Source of the DNA: a virus
Taxonomy: Duplodnaviria; Caudoviricetes
Reading direction: 5' to 3' (one strand)
Virus record (IMG/VR): IMGVR_UViG_3300043406_000058
Location: 1 to 44,342 of that record
DNA length: 44,342 bases
The position numbers were made by a program, and so were the translations under genes. Shown here piece by piece: positions 20,018 through 27,158 of the stretch. The notes below the pieces were generated by a model. The model saw only the letters and a program-made list of their open reading frames with translations, was not told where the DNA came from and made no database searches. Within the stretch, counting starts at the first letter, position 1. Every line of letters starts with the position of its first letter.

Positions 20018-20652
20018 CCGCCGAATCCCTGCGAGACGCTGCTGCGTGCTCGCTCGTCACCGCCAGAAAATGGGTGCCGCACATCAACCAGGCGCTGTAC
20101 CTGTTCGGCATCGACGCGCCGCAGCGTGCTGCGGCGTTCCTGGCGCAGATAAGCCATGAATCGGCGCAGTTGTCCCGTGTGGTCGAGTCGCTGCACTACT
20201 CGACGCCGCAGCGGCTCTGTGCGGCCTGGCCTGTGCGCTTTCCATCGATCGACTCGGCCGCACCCTACGTCGGCCAGCCCGAGAGGCTGGGGGACAAGGT
20301 CTACGGGTGCCGCATGGGCAACATCAGCCAGGGCGACGGGCTGCGCTACCGGGGCCGCGGGTTGATGCAGGTCACGGGACGTGCTGGCTACTGCACGACG
20401 CGGGAGGGGCTGCGCGATCCGGGGCTCGGGCTGGTCGATGTGCCCGACTTCGAGGCGCGGCCTGACGACCTGGCGCTGCCGCACTGGGCGGCGCTGTCGG
20501 CGGGGTTGTACTGGCGCACGCACAAGCTCAACGTGCTGGCCGATCGCGGGGACACTGCCGGTATCACACGCATCATCAACGGTGGCACGAATGGGCTGGC
20601 CGAGCGCATCGCGCTGTACAAGATCGCCCGCCGAACGCTGGGGGTGGTGTGA
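20005..20652 (+). CDS. Endolysin, glycoside hydrolase family 19
   Basis: AAFLAQISHES, YRGRGLMQVTGR, ITRIINGGTNGLAER motifs; RBS AGGAG. Confidence 0.93.
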   Translation: MVTLTAESLRDAAACSLVTARKWVPHINQALYLFGIDAPQRAAAFLAQISHESAQLSRVVESLHYSTPQRLCAAWPVRFPSIDSAAPYVGQPERLGDKVYGCRMGNISQGDGLRYRGRGLMQVTGRAGYCTTREGLRDPGLGLVDVPDFEARPDDLALPHWAALSAGLYWRTHKLNVLADRGDTAGITRIINGGTNGLAERIALYKIARRTLGVV

Positions 20653-20885
20653 TGCTTGGATACCTGACCCCATGGCGCAGGCGCCGTGCTGTGCAGCCTG
20701 AGCGGATCGACGTGGGCATCTTGGCCGCTTCCGGTGATGTTGTGGTGATGTACCCAGGCGAAGGCATCCCGAGGCGCTACCCTGCCGCGCTGGCCCGCGC
20801 CATCGCCGAACAGGTCAACGCGCATGCGTATGTGTACGCGGCGCTCGATGAGCAGCAAAAAGCCCCGGACGGTGCCGGGGCTTGA
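20649..20885 (+). CDS. Hypothetical protein
   Basis: 78-aa ORF overlapping the endolysin stop. Confidence 0.45.
   Translation: MMLGYLTPWRRRRAVQPERIDVGILAASGDVVVMYPGEGIPRRYPAALARAIAEQVNAHAYVYAALDEQQKAPDGAGA
20857..20883 (-). terminator. Rho-independent terminator
   Basis: Minus strand AAGCCCCGG-CACCGT-CCGGGGCTT-TTT between convergent genes. Confidence 0.75.
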
Positions 20886-20912
20886 TGTGGGGTTGAGGCC
20901 CCTTGCGGGCTG

Positions 20913-21137
20913 TCAGGTGTTGATCAACTCGGCGCGGTAGATTTGGCCAAAGTGCTCGACCACATCGCGGCGGGTTGCCGTCAGCTTCATGTGCGCCTTG
21001 CCGTCATGGCACCAGCCCGAGCCGTCTGCGCACTTGACGCGCTTGATCCAGATGATGCCGTCGGTGCCGTTGTAGCGGACGCGCTCGCTGGCTTCATACT
21101 TGGTGTCAGCGCCGAGGGTGAAGGTGTTCTGTGCCAT
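20913..21137 (-). CDS. Small hypothetical (moron-like) protein
   Basis: 74 aa MAQNTFTLG...; RBS CAGGAG; own terminator. Confidence 0.7.
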   Translation of the reverse strand: MAQNTFTLGADTKYEASERVRYNGTDGIIWIKRVKCADGSGWCHDGKAHMKLTATRRDVVEHFGQIYRAELINT

Positions 21138-21188
21138 GTCGATCTCCTGAGTTTCCGGACCTGCCGTTTGCTGATCCGATAACTGTAT

Positions 21189-21241
21189 TGTCTGACAAAA
21201 CGCAGGACAGCGCAAGCCCTCTTGTGTAGTTTTGTCAGACA
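21189..21241. promoter_or_regulatory. Paired operator-like sites between divergent genes
   Basis: 13-bp perfect inverted repeat TGTCTGACAAAAC...GTTTTGTCAGACA; TTGTGT-16-TACAAT promoter-like element for the + gene. Confidence 0.65.
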
Positions 21242-21255
21242 TTTACAATAGGCGC

Positions 21256-21483
21256 ATGGACACACAACAGACACCAGCGCCCGAGCGGCGCAACCCGGGC
21301 GGGCGCCCAGCCCTGGCTGAGGGCCAGACCAGCGAGCGCATCAACGTGCGATTGACTCCGGCACAGCGGGTGGCATTCGAGGGGGCTGGCGGTGCGCAGT
21401 GGCTGCGCCGACAGCTCGACGCGCTTGGTGCAACGCAACAGGTATCACGCGCCCCTGCTGGAGCTGCTGCGGATGCTGTGTGA
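21256..21483 (+). CDS. Ribbon-helix-helix-like DNA-binding protein
   Basis: GGRP...ERINVRLTPAQR...GGAQWLRRQLD pattern. Confidence 0.65.
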   Translation: MDTQQTPAPERRNPGGRPALAEGQTSERINVRLTPAQRVAFEGAGGAQWLRRQLDALGATQQVSRAPAGAAADAV

Positions 21484-21648
21484 TACGCCAGTGATACGGG
21501 CGCATCGCTTCCCCTCTGCATCCTCCCCGTGAACTACGGTGGGAGGGGTGTCTAGCCCGTGCTGCTGCAGAGTGTAGACCATCACGCCGTTATCATCTCG
21601 TGACACGCTGGCTCACTGGCCGGGTGATACGCACGGGATACGGTATCA
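21480..21648. other. Probable attP region with integrase arm-type repeats
   Basis: Non-coding gap upstream of int; G(T/G)GATACG pairs 11 bp apart at 21480/21491 and 21624/21635. Confidence 0.55.
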
Positions 21649-22686
21649 ATGGCATCAATCCTCAACGTGGGTGGCAAGTGGCGGGCGCTGATCAGGCGCA
21701 AGGGCCACAAGCCGATCTGCAAGACGCATCCTACCAAAGCGGCCGCGCTGGCCTGGGCGCGCAAGATCGAGGCGCAGCTCGACGCGGGGGGTGAGGTCGA
21801 GTCCGACCGCGTCACCGTCGGGGAGCTGATCGACGCCTACCGCAAGCTGCGGGCGGGGTCTCGGCCGATCCTGGACGACAGCAACGAGCACTACATGCTC
21901 AAGGTGCTGCAGCGGCTGCTCGGGGCCACGGATGCCCGGCGGCTGACGACCGAAGACCTGGTTGCCTTCTGTGCCCAGCGGCGCGACGAGGGGGCTGGGC
22001 CGTACACCTGCAACATGGACATTTCGAAGCTCTCAACCGTGCTGCGCTACACCGCCAGCGCGAAGGGGCTGGTGCTGCCGGATGCCGTTGGCCAGGCGCG
22101 GCCGTTGCTCAAGCACCTGGGGCACATCGGCGATGGTGGCCGGCGGGAGCGCAGGCCGACCGAGGACGAGCTGCACCGCCTGGTTGCGCAGATCACCGAG
22201 CGGCGCGGCGTGGTCTACGCTGACGCGGTCCTGTTCTTGGTGGCCACTGCGATGCGGCGCGGGGAAGCGTGCGGGCTGCTGTGGTCGGATGTGGACCACG
22301 ACAAGCGGCTGGTGCTGATCCGGGACCGGAAAGATCCGCGGAAGAAGGCAGGCAATGACCAGTGGGTGCCCCTGCTGCCGGATGCGTGGGAGGTGGTGCA
22401 GCGACAGCCAGAGCCGCGTGGGGATCGGCTGTTTCCGGTCGAGCCTGGAACGCTGTCGAAGTACTTTCTGGATGCGTGCCGGGCGCTGTCGATCCCTGAT
22501 CTCCGTCTGCATGACATGCGCCACGAGGGGGCCTCGAAGCTGTTCGAGGCTGGGTATGAGATTCAGCAGGTCGCCCTGGTCACGGGGCACAAGCAGTGGG
22601 ACACGCTCAAGCGGTACACGCAGCTCAAGCCTGAGGATCTGCACAGGGAGGGGCTGCAGGGTTTGGGGGACAAACCCGGCAAGTGA
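21649..22686 (+). CDS. int: Tyrosine recombinase / phage integrase
   Basis: Catalytic motifs MRRGE, LHDMRH, TGH, LKRYT; N-terminal arm-binding-like segment. Confidence 0.95.
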   Translation: MASILNVGGKWRALIRRKGHKPICKTHPTKAAALAWARKIEAQLDAGGEVESDRVTVGELIDAYRKLRAGSRPILDDSNEHYMLKVLQRLLGATDARRLTTEDLVAFCAQRRDEGAGPYTCNMDISKLSTVLRYTASAKGLVLPDAVGQARPLLKHLGHIGDGGRRERRPTEDELHRLVAQITERRGVVYADAVLFLVATAMRRGEACGLLWSDVDHDKRLVLIRDRKDPRKKAGNDQWVPLLPDAWEVVQRQPEPRGDRLFPVEPGTLSKYFLDACRALSIPDLRLHDMRHEGASKLFEAGYEIQQVALVTGHKQWDTLKRYTQLKPEDLHREGLQGLGDKPGK

Positions 22687-22689
22687 CTG

Positions 22690-23409
22690 CTATCTGACGT
22701 TATGCGCCTTGCGCGCTATCGAAAGCAGCAAGTCGCGGAACGGCAGCGGTGTCGCGTTGCGGATCGCAGTCTTGTTCTTGCCGCCCACCATCGCAACAAC
22801 GCCGATACGCCTGGCCTTCTCGTAGCCGTAGCGCTCGATCATCCATTCGGGCAGGCGCTGCTCCCCCTTCGTCCAGTTCAGTTCCTGCGGCTTGCTGTAG
22901 GTGTTTGCCAGCAGCCATGTCGGCTTGCGGCTGGTGTGGTCGTAGTGCCCCTGCTCCACGTAGCACACCCAGTATCCGCTGCTCGGGTGGCCCATGTCGC
23001 TGCGTTGCCAGCCCTTTCCAATCGTCGGCTTCAGCAAGCCAAACGCATCCCACGCCTTGCTGTGCGCCGGGTGCTCGAGCACTCCACCCCAGCGCAGCAC
23101 GGCCCGCAGCGCATGATCGAAGCACCCGCCGTCATCGCCCAGCTTGTATTGGTGGGGCTTGCGCGTGCTGCCGTGCCAAAACCTGCCCCATCGCTGGCAT
23201 GGTGGGTGCGCAACCACCGGGTGCGGCCCGGCGTAGGTGCGCGCATCGCGGGCTTCGTCCCACGGGTCCACACCAGGCGCGCCAACATAGCAGCCCTTCG
23301 GCTCCACGTAGAGGGCCGCCACCGTCCGCAGGCACTCCACCGGGCGCATAACACCCGTTTCAACCTGACCCACAAGGGCAGGCTGCATCAGCTCGTTTTC
23401 AAAGGTCAT
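22690..23409 (-). CDS. DNA cytosine methyltransferase-like protein (cassette gene)
   Basis: AHPPC (motif IV-like), VLEHP (VI-like), SRKPTWL (VIII-like); no clear FxGxG motif. Confidence 0.55.
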   Translation of the reverse strand: MTFENELMQPALVGQVETGVMRPVECLRTVAALYVEPKGCYVGAPGVDPWDEARDARTYAGPHPVVAHPPCQRWGRFWHGSTRKPHQYKLGDDGGCFDHALRAVLRWGGVLEHPAHSKAWDAFGLLKPTIGKGWQRSDMGHPSSGYWVCYVEQGHYDHTSRKPTWLLANTYSKPQELNWTKGEQRLPEWMIERYGYEKARRIGVVAMVGGKNKTAIRNATPLPFRDLLLSIARKAHNVR

Positions 23410-23447
23410 ATGCTGCCCTTGTGGTCAGGTTAACCGGCGCGTTAGGC
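23346..23447 (+). other. attC recombination site 1
   Basis: R'' GCATAAC-5bp-L'' TTTCAACC-TGACCCACAAGGGCAG...CTGCCCTTGTGGTCA-L' GGTTAAC-6bp-R' GTTAGGC, with extrahelical bases. Confidence 0.88.
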
Positions 23448-23999
23448 GTCAACAGCTTTCACCGTTTCAAGTTGCCACTCGCCGAGCGGCATCCGATCCT
23501 TCGGCCAAGGCTCGTATTGCTCTTGGGTCAATTGCTTTGCCAAGGTTGCAGGGTCAATGCGCTTGCCTTCGCGGTCTTTGATGATGCAGCCGCCGTCGCG
23601 CATGTCGATGCGAAGCTCGATGTACTTGCACTGCGGGTTCTCCATCCAGACCCAGCGGCCTGCGCGTGCCAGCTCGATCACCGCCAGCGCGCCGTCTATG
23701 TGGTCCCACTTCGCGGCCCGCTTAGCTCCAACGTTAGGCTCCAGCGCCTCAAAAAGCGTCGTCTGCCACTCAAGCAGCAGCCCTTGCGCTTCCATGTCGG
23801 CTAACACCTGTGCCGCAACACTACGCAGCTTCGCACCACGCTCGCGCTCGGCGGCCAAGGCGCGCTCAGCAACCGCCAGCGCATAGCGGCCAATGTCGTC
23901 GGCAATCTCTTCAGCGTTACTCACTTCTAACCACGCTTCAACATCATCGACCCACGGCGCGGCGCCCAATATGGCGCGCTTTTGTTCGTCAGTCAGCAT
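23442..23999 (-). CDS. Hypothetical protein, apparently a fusion across an attC remnant
   Basis: RBS AGGAG; stop TAA inside the R' core at 23441; reads through the half-site at 23720-23739 (EPNVGAKR). Confidence 0.65.
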   Translation of the reverse strand: MLTDEQKRAILGAAPWVDDVEAWLEVSNAEEIADDIGRYALAVAERALAAERERGAKLRSVAAQVLADMEAQGLLLEWQTTLFEALEPNVGAKRAAKWDHIDGALAVIELARAGRWVWMENPQCKYIELRIDMRDGGCIIKDREGKRIDPATLAKQLTQEQYEPWPKDRMPLGEWQLETVKAVDA

Positions 24000-24037
24000 T
24001 CAAGCACTCCTAGAATTTTCTTCGCTACGGCCACAGG

Positions 24038-24136
24038 GCCTAACCAGCAAATCGAGGCGAAAGCCCGCAGCCCCGTTCACCGCGCTACAGCACAGTCCGT
24101 GCAGCAGCGGGCTTCGCCTCATTTGCAACGTTAGGC
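24038..24136 (+). other. attC recombination site 2
   Basis: R'' GCCTAAC-CAGCA-L'' AATCGAGG-CGAAAGCCCGC...GCGGGCTTCG-L' CCTCATT-TGCAAC-R' GTTAGGC; extra C and A on top strand (G and T on bottom). Confidence 0.92.
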
Positions 24137-24137
24137 C

Positions 24138-24317
24138 TCACGCGCTCACCGTTGCACCCAGCTCCTGCCACAAGTGGTCTGCGCTCTCGGCGGCCACCTG
24201 CTCCACCGGAAGGGCGTCGGCCTCGGCGTGCGTCCGGGTCTTGCCTTCGCGGGCATCCTGCTCCCAGCGCAGCAGCGCGGCTTCGAGTTGCGGCTTTGTG
24301 ATCTTCAGCGTGTCCAT
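24138..24317 (-). CDS. Small hypothetical cassette protein
   Basis: 59 aa MDTLKITKPQ...; RBS GAAGGA; stop adjacent to the R' core of attC2. Confidence 0.65.
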   Translation of the reverse strand: MDTLKITKPQLEAALLRWEQDAREGKTRTHAEADALPVEQVAAESADHLWQELGATVSA

Positions 24318-24510
24318 ATCGGTCCTTCGGTAGTTGCGCACCGGGGGCGGTGCAGGTGGTGCCGGCGGCCTGGGGTAGGTCGGCGGCGGGTTGGTGAGGC
24401 CGAACTGGCGGGTCAAGCGGACCGCTTACCCTTGTCGTCATCGTCCAGCAGTAAGCCATCGAAGCAGCGCCGGCCAGCGTTGTTCAGGATCATCCCGATC
24501 AGGTTGATCT

Positions 24511-24732
24511 TCATGCCGCCGTCTCCCGCATTGTGTCAAAGTGCTGCGCGACATCGCGAAAATCCGCCCACCGCTTGCCCTGGTCCACGTACGTCTTGAC
24601 GGGGCATGTGCCCGCGCTGACTTGGTTGTAGAGGGTCGTCGGCTTGATCCCCAGCAAGTCGGCGAGCTGCTGGGTGTTGAGGCGGGGGCCGTACCGCTCG
24701 AACACCATGGCTTGGGTCAGGATGCTGCTCAT
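24511..24732 (-). CDS. Excisionase/AlpA-like HTH protein
   Basis: YGPRLNTQQLADLLGIKPTTLYNQVSAG winged-HTH pattern; end of the early operon, near int. Confidence 0.75.
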   Translation of the reverse strand: MSSILTQAMVFERYGPRLNTQQLADLLGIKPTTLYNQVSAGTCPVKTYVDQGKRWADFRDVAQHFDTMRETAA

Positions 24733-25220
24733 CGTGCGGCCTCCGGTGCAGCGGCAAGCATCTCTGCGTAGATGTGCGTGTAGTGGACATTCCATGCCTC
24801 GTTTTGCGCCGAAAGTCCAGCCTCCAGCATCTCCGGCGTCGGCGTCACCGGAACCAACTGCCACCCAGCCGGGATCGCGGGGACGGGGCGGGCGTAGAGC
24901 GGCTCTGTCCAATCTTCTGCAGCACGCCGGTACACCGTCGTGCAGTTTCCGGACTGCAGCCACGCTGCATCGCTTTTGCGGTAGTGAGCCACCGGCTCCT
25001 GCCCCTCCAGCTCCGCCAGCCGTGCGCGCAGGGTGTCGCGCTCCTCCTCCAGGTCCGCCACCCGCTGCTGAAGCGCAAGCCGCTGGGTGTGCTCGGCGCG
25101 GATTGCGATCTCAGCTTGATCCGGCTCATCCTCGCTGGCCTCGTCGAGTTGCCAGCTATATGCCTCGATCAGATCGACGGCCAGTTGCAGCCCCTCAGGC
25201 AGTTTCGTTTCAGCAGTCAT
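24729..25220 (-). CDS. Phage accessory protein (Ea22/DUF551-like mosaic)
   Basis: Coiled coil, then QEPVA...PLYARP...GWQLVPVTPTPEM...YAEMLAAAP motifs. Confidence 0.7.
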   Translation of the reverse strand: MTAETKLPEGLQLAVDLIEAYSWQLDEASEDEPDQAEIAIRAEHTQRLALQQRVADLEEERDTLRARLAELEGQEPVAHYRKSDAAWLQSGNCTTVYRRAAEDWTEPLYARPVPAIPAGWQLVPVTPTPEMLEAGLSAQNEAWNVHYTHIYAEMLAAAPEAAR

Positions 25221-25657
25221 GCTGCACCCCCTACACACATCGCCTCGCACGCCTCGGCACAGGCCACCACCACTTCGTGCGGCGCTGTGCGCATCACCGA
25301 GTCGATGATGGCGGCGCAGTACGCCAGGCGCAGCGAGATTGCCGGCGTCAGCGTGATCGTGCCGTGTGCTGCCCACTCCTGGGCGAGCTGCAGGGCGTCG
25401 TCGATGTGCGGGGCCATCTCGTCCACGCCGTAGCCGATGAGCTGCGTGATCGCGCTGGCGGTGTTGATCGCCTCGACCCACTCGCGCAGGGCCTGCGGGG
25501 CTGTGGCTGGGTTGTGCAGGCGCACCAGGATGACCTCGTGCGCCTCGCGCAGAGCGGTGATCGTGTCGGCCGGCACGCTGGGGCGGATGCCGAACTGGTG
25601 CTGGTGCGGCATGGCCAGCGCTGCCCTGGCCGCTGTGGTGACTTGCGAGAGGGTCAT
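25217..25657 (-). CDS. Hypothetical protein
   Basis: ATG overlaps the stop of the RT C-terminal fragment (ATGA). Confidence 0.65.
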   Translation of the reverse strand: MTLSQVTTAARAALAMPHQHQFGIRPSVPADTITALREAHEVILVRLHNPATAPQALREWVEAINTASAITQLIGYGVDEMAPHIDDALQLAQEWAAHGTITLTPAISLRLAYCAAIIDSVMRTAPHEVVVACAEACEAMCVGGAA

Positions 25658-26069
25658 TTGAATGTCCTGGTCAGTGTTCTGTTTACGCACTTGCCGCGCT
25701 TCAGCAGCGCACGGGCAATGCGGGTCCGGTCGGTATGGCTGGCTGGCGACTGGCGCAGCAGCCCGAAGTAGCTGTTGCCGATCGTGTGGAGGTGTCGGCC
25801 GTGAAGCTGGCGTAGAACCTGGGAGAGATGTGGTTGTAAAGGAGGTGGTGGACGATCCGGTCGCGGAATTCGGCCGCCCAGACCTCACGCGGCTTGGGGC
25901 GTGTGACGACGAAGCAGATCGAGCGGCCGGGTTGGTAGTGACCGCTGATCAGCTCGTCATGCAGTGCGCACAGGTTGTGTTCGAGGTGGGCCTCGAACGC
26001 CTGGGCGCTCGCGCTGTTGCGCTTGGTGCGCCGGCAATCGAGGTAGGCGATCACCAGGCGCTCGAACAA
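25654..26069 (-). pseudogene. DGR reverse transcriptase with internal deletion and frameshift
   Basis: N-terminal RT motifs (AYLDCRRTKR, YQPG, KPREVWAAEFRDRIVHH) to about 25791; then, in another frame, C-terminal NSYFGLLRQ...TRTFK*; no YxDD present. Confidence 0.85.
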
Positions 26070-26075
26070 GTCCGG

Positions 26076-26178
26076 ATCTGCGGACGGCTCGGGCTCGGGC
26101 CTGGAACTTCTTGTCGTTGTTGTTCTGGTTGCCGTTGTTGAAGTTCTGGTTCCAGGCGTAGTCGGCCGAGTACTGCGT
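26076..26178 (-). repeat. DGR template repeat (TR)
   Basis: 103 bp with 8 AAC codons; differs from both VRs almost only at adenines; lies between avd and RT. Confidence 0.95.
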
Positions 26179-26350
26179 TGTGTCGCGCTATCTACGTCGC
26201 CGGGCCGAAGGCTGTTGCCGATCAGCGCGGAAACTGCACCGGGCCGGTCCTGCGCGGGCGCAGCGGTCTCCGTGGTGTGCATGGCGGTGCCCTTGTGGGG
26301 CAGCGGCGCGACCAGATTCAGGATGCGCTCGGGCATGAAGGCCGTGACCG

Positions 26351-26716
26351 TCATGCTGCAGGCGCCTTGTTCGCTGCGGACTTGAGCCAGCCACCACCCT
26401 GCTTGCCGATGCTGTCGAGCAGCGCGACTGATTGCGCCCACAAGCGGTGCGAGACGTACCGGCTGTCGTGGCTCACACGCAGCAACACGGTGGCGGCACG
26501 CAGGTGCTTCATCAGTGCCTGGATGTTGCGCATGCGCTCGCCGTGCTGGGTGGCGTTGGCGAGTGCCATCAGGTCCAGCATCTCGATGCAGTGCTGGCTA
26601 ATCTTGTCGCCCAGCGAGCGTTTGACGCCTCGCGGCATCTGCTCTTGCACCTTGACGGCCAGCGTCAGGAGCTGGACGCCAGTCTTGTAGATCGGCAAGT
26701 CAGTGTGAATGGCCAT
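26351..26716 (-). CDS. avd: DGR accessory variability determinant (four-helix bundle)
   Basis: 121 aa, HTDLPIYK...IGKQGGGWLK, basic; position between target and TR. Confidence 0.88.
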   Translation of the reverse strand: MAIHTDLPIYKTGVQLLTLAVKVQEQMPRGVKRSLGDKISQHCIEMLDLMALANATQHGERMRNIQALMKHLRAATVLLRVSHDSRYVSHRLWAQSVALLDSIGKQGGGWLKSAANKAPAA

Positions 26717-26736
26717 GGCTCAAAAGGATTCAAGGA

Positions 26737-27123
26737 TCAAGCGGTGAATCTGCGGACGGCTCGGGCTCGGGCCTGGCACTTCTCGTCGTTGAAGTACTGG
26801 TTGCCGTTGTCGAAGCTCTGGGCCCAGGCGTAGTCGGCCGAGTACTGCGTACCCGTCCAGTACCACGCCGATGCATCGATCTTGTCGCGCACGTTGGCGT
26901 AGAGCAGGGCGCTCTCGGAGCGGGTCGGCAGTCGCGCTTCGATGTATTGAGCCCATTGCTGGGCAGCCGCCCAATCGAGCCGGCTGGGCGGCTCATCCGG
27001 CAAGAGCACAAGGTGCCCGTCGGGCTGGCCATCTTCTCCGCGCGCGAGTCCGGCGTAGATGCCGCCGTGCTCGGGCCAGTGTTTGCCGATCACCGGGATG
27101 GTGGGGGTCGTTTCAGTTGCCAT
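26737..27123 (-). CDS. DGR target 1, DUF1566/CLec-like protein
   Basis: GGIYAG, LDWAAA, RLPTRSE, WYWTGTQYS...ARAVRR; VR at C-terminus. Confidence 0.9.
   Translation of the reverse strand: MATETTPTIPVIGKHWPEHGGIYAGLARGEDGQPDGHLVLLPDEPPSRLDWAAAQQWAQYIEARLPTRSESALLYANVRDKIDASAWYWTGTQYSADYAWAQSFDNGNQYFNDEKCQARARAVRRFTA
26748..26850 (-). repeat. DGR variable repeat VR1
   Basis: 9 mismatches to TR over 103 bp, 8 of them at TR adenines. Confidence 0.95.
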
Positions 27124-27158
27124 GTGGGGCTCGCTTTCGGTGTGAAGAATTGAAGGAT

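Larger units (their letters stand above)
22699..24423 (+). mobile_element. Integron-like gene cassette array without integron integrase (CALIN-like)
   Basis: Two full attC sites, GTT cores at 22699, 23441, 23733 and 24130, and a left half-site at 24399. Confidence 0.8.

Noticed and set aside
21649-22686. Integrase as an integron IntI
   Set aside because: It has a phage-type N-terminal arm-binding segment, an adjacent attP-like region and no recognisable IntI-specific insertion; the cassettes lie at its 3' end. Not tested by HMM
25701-26441. 246-aa ORF as an intact RT
   Set aside because: Its N-terminus is avd/spacer/TR read-through, it lacks YxDD, and it ends out of frame with the true RT C-terminus
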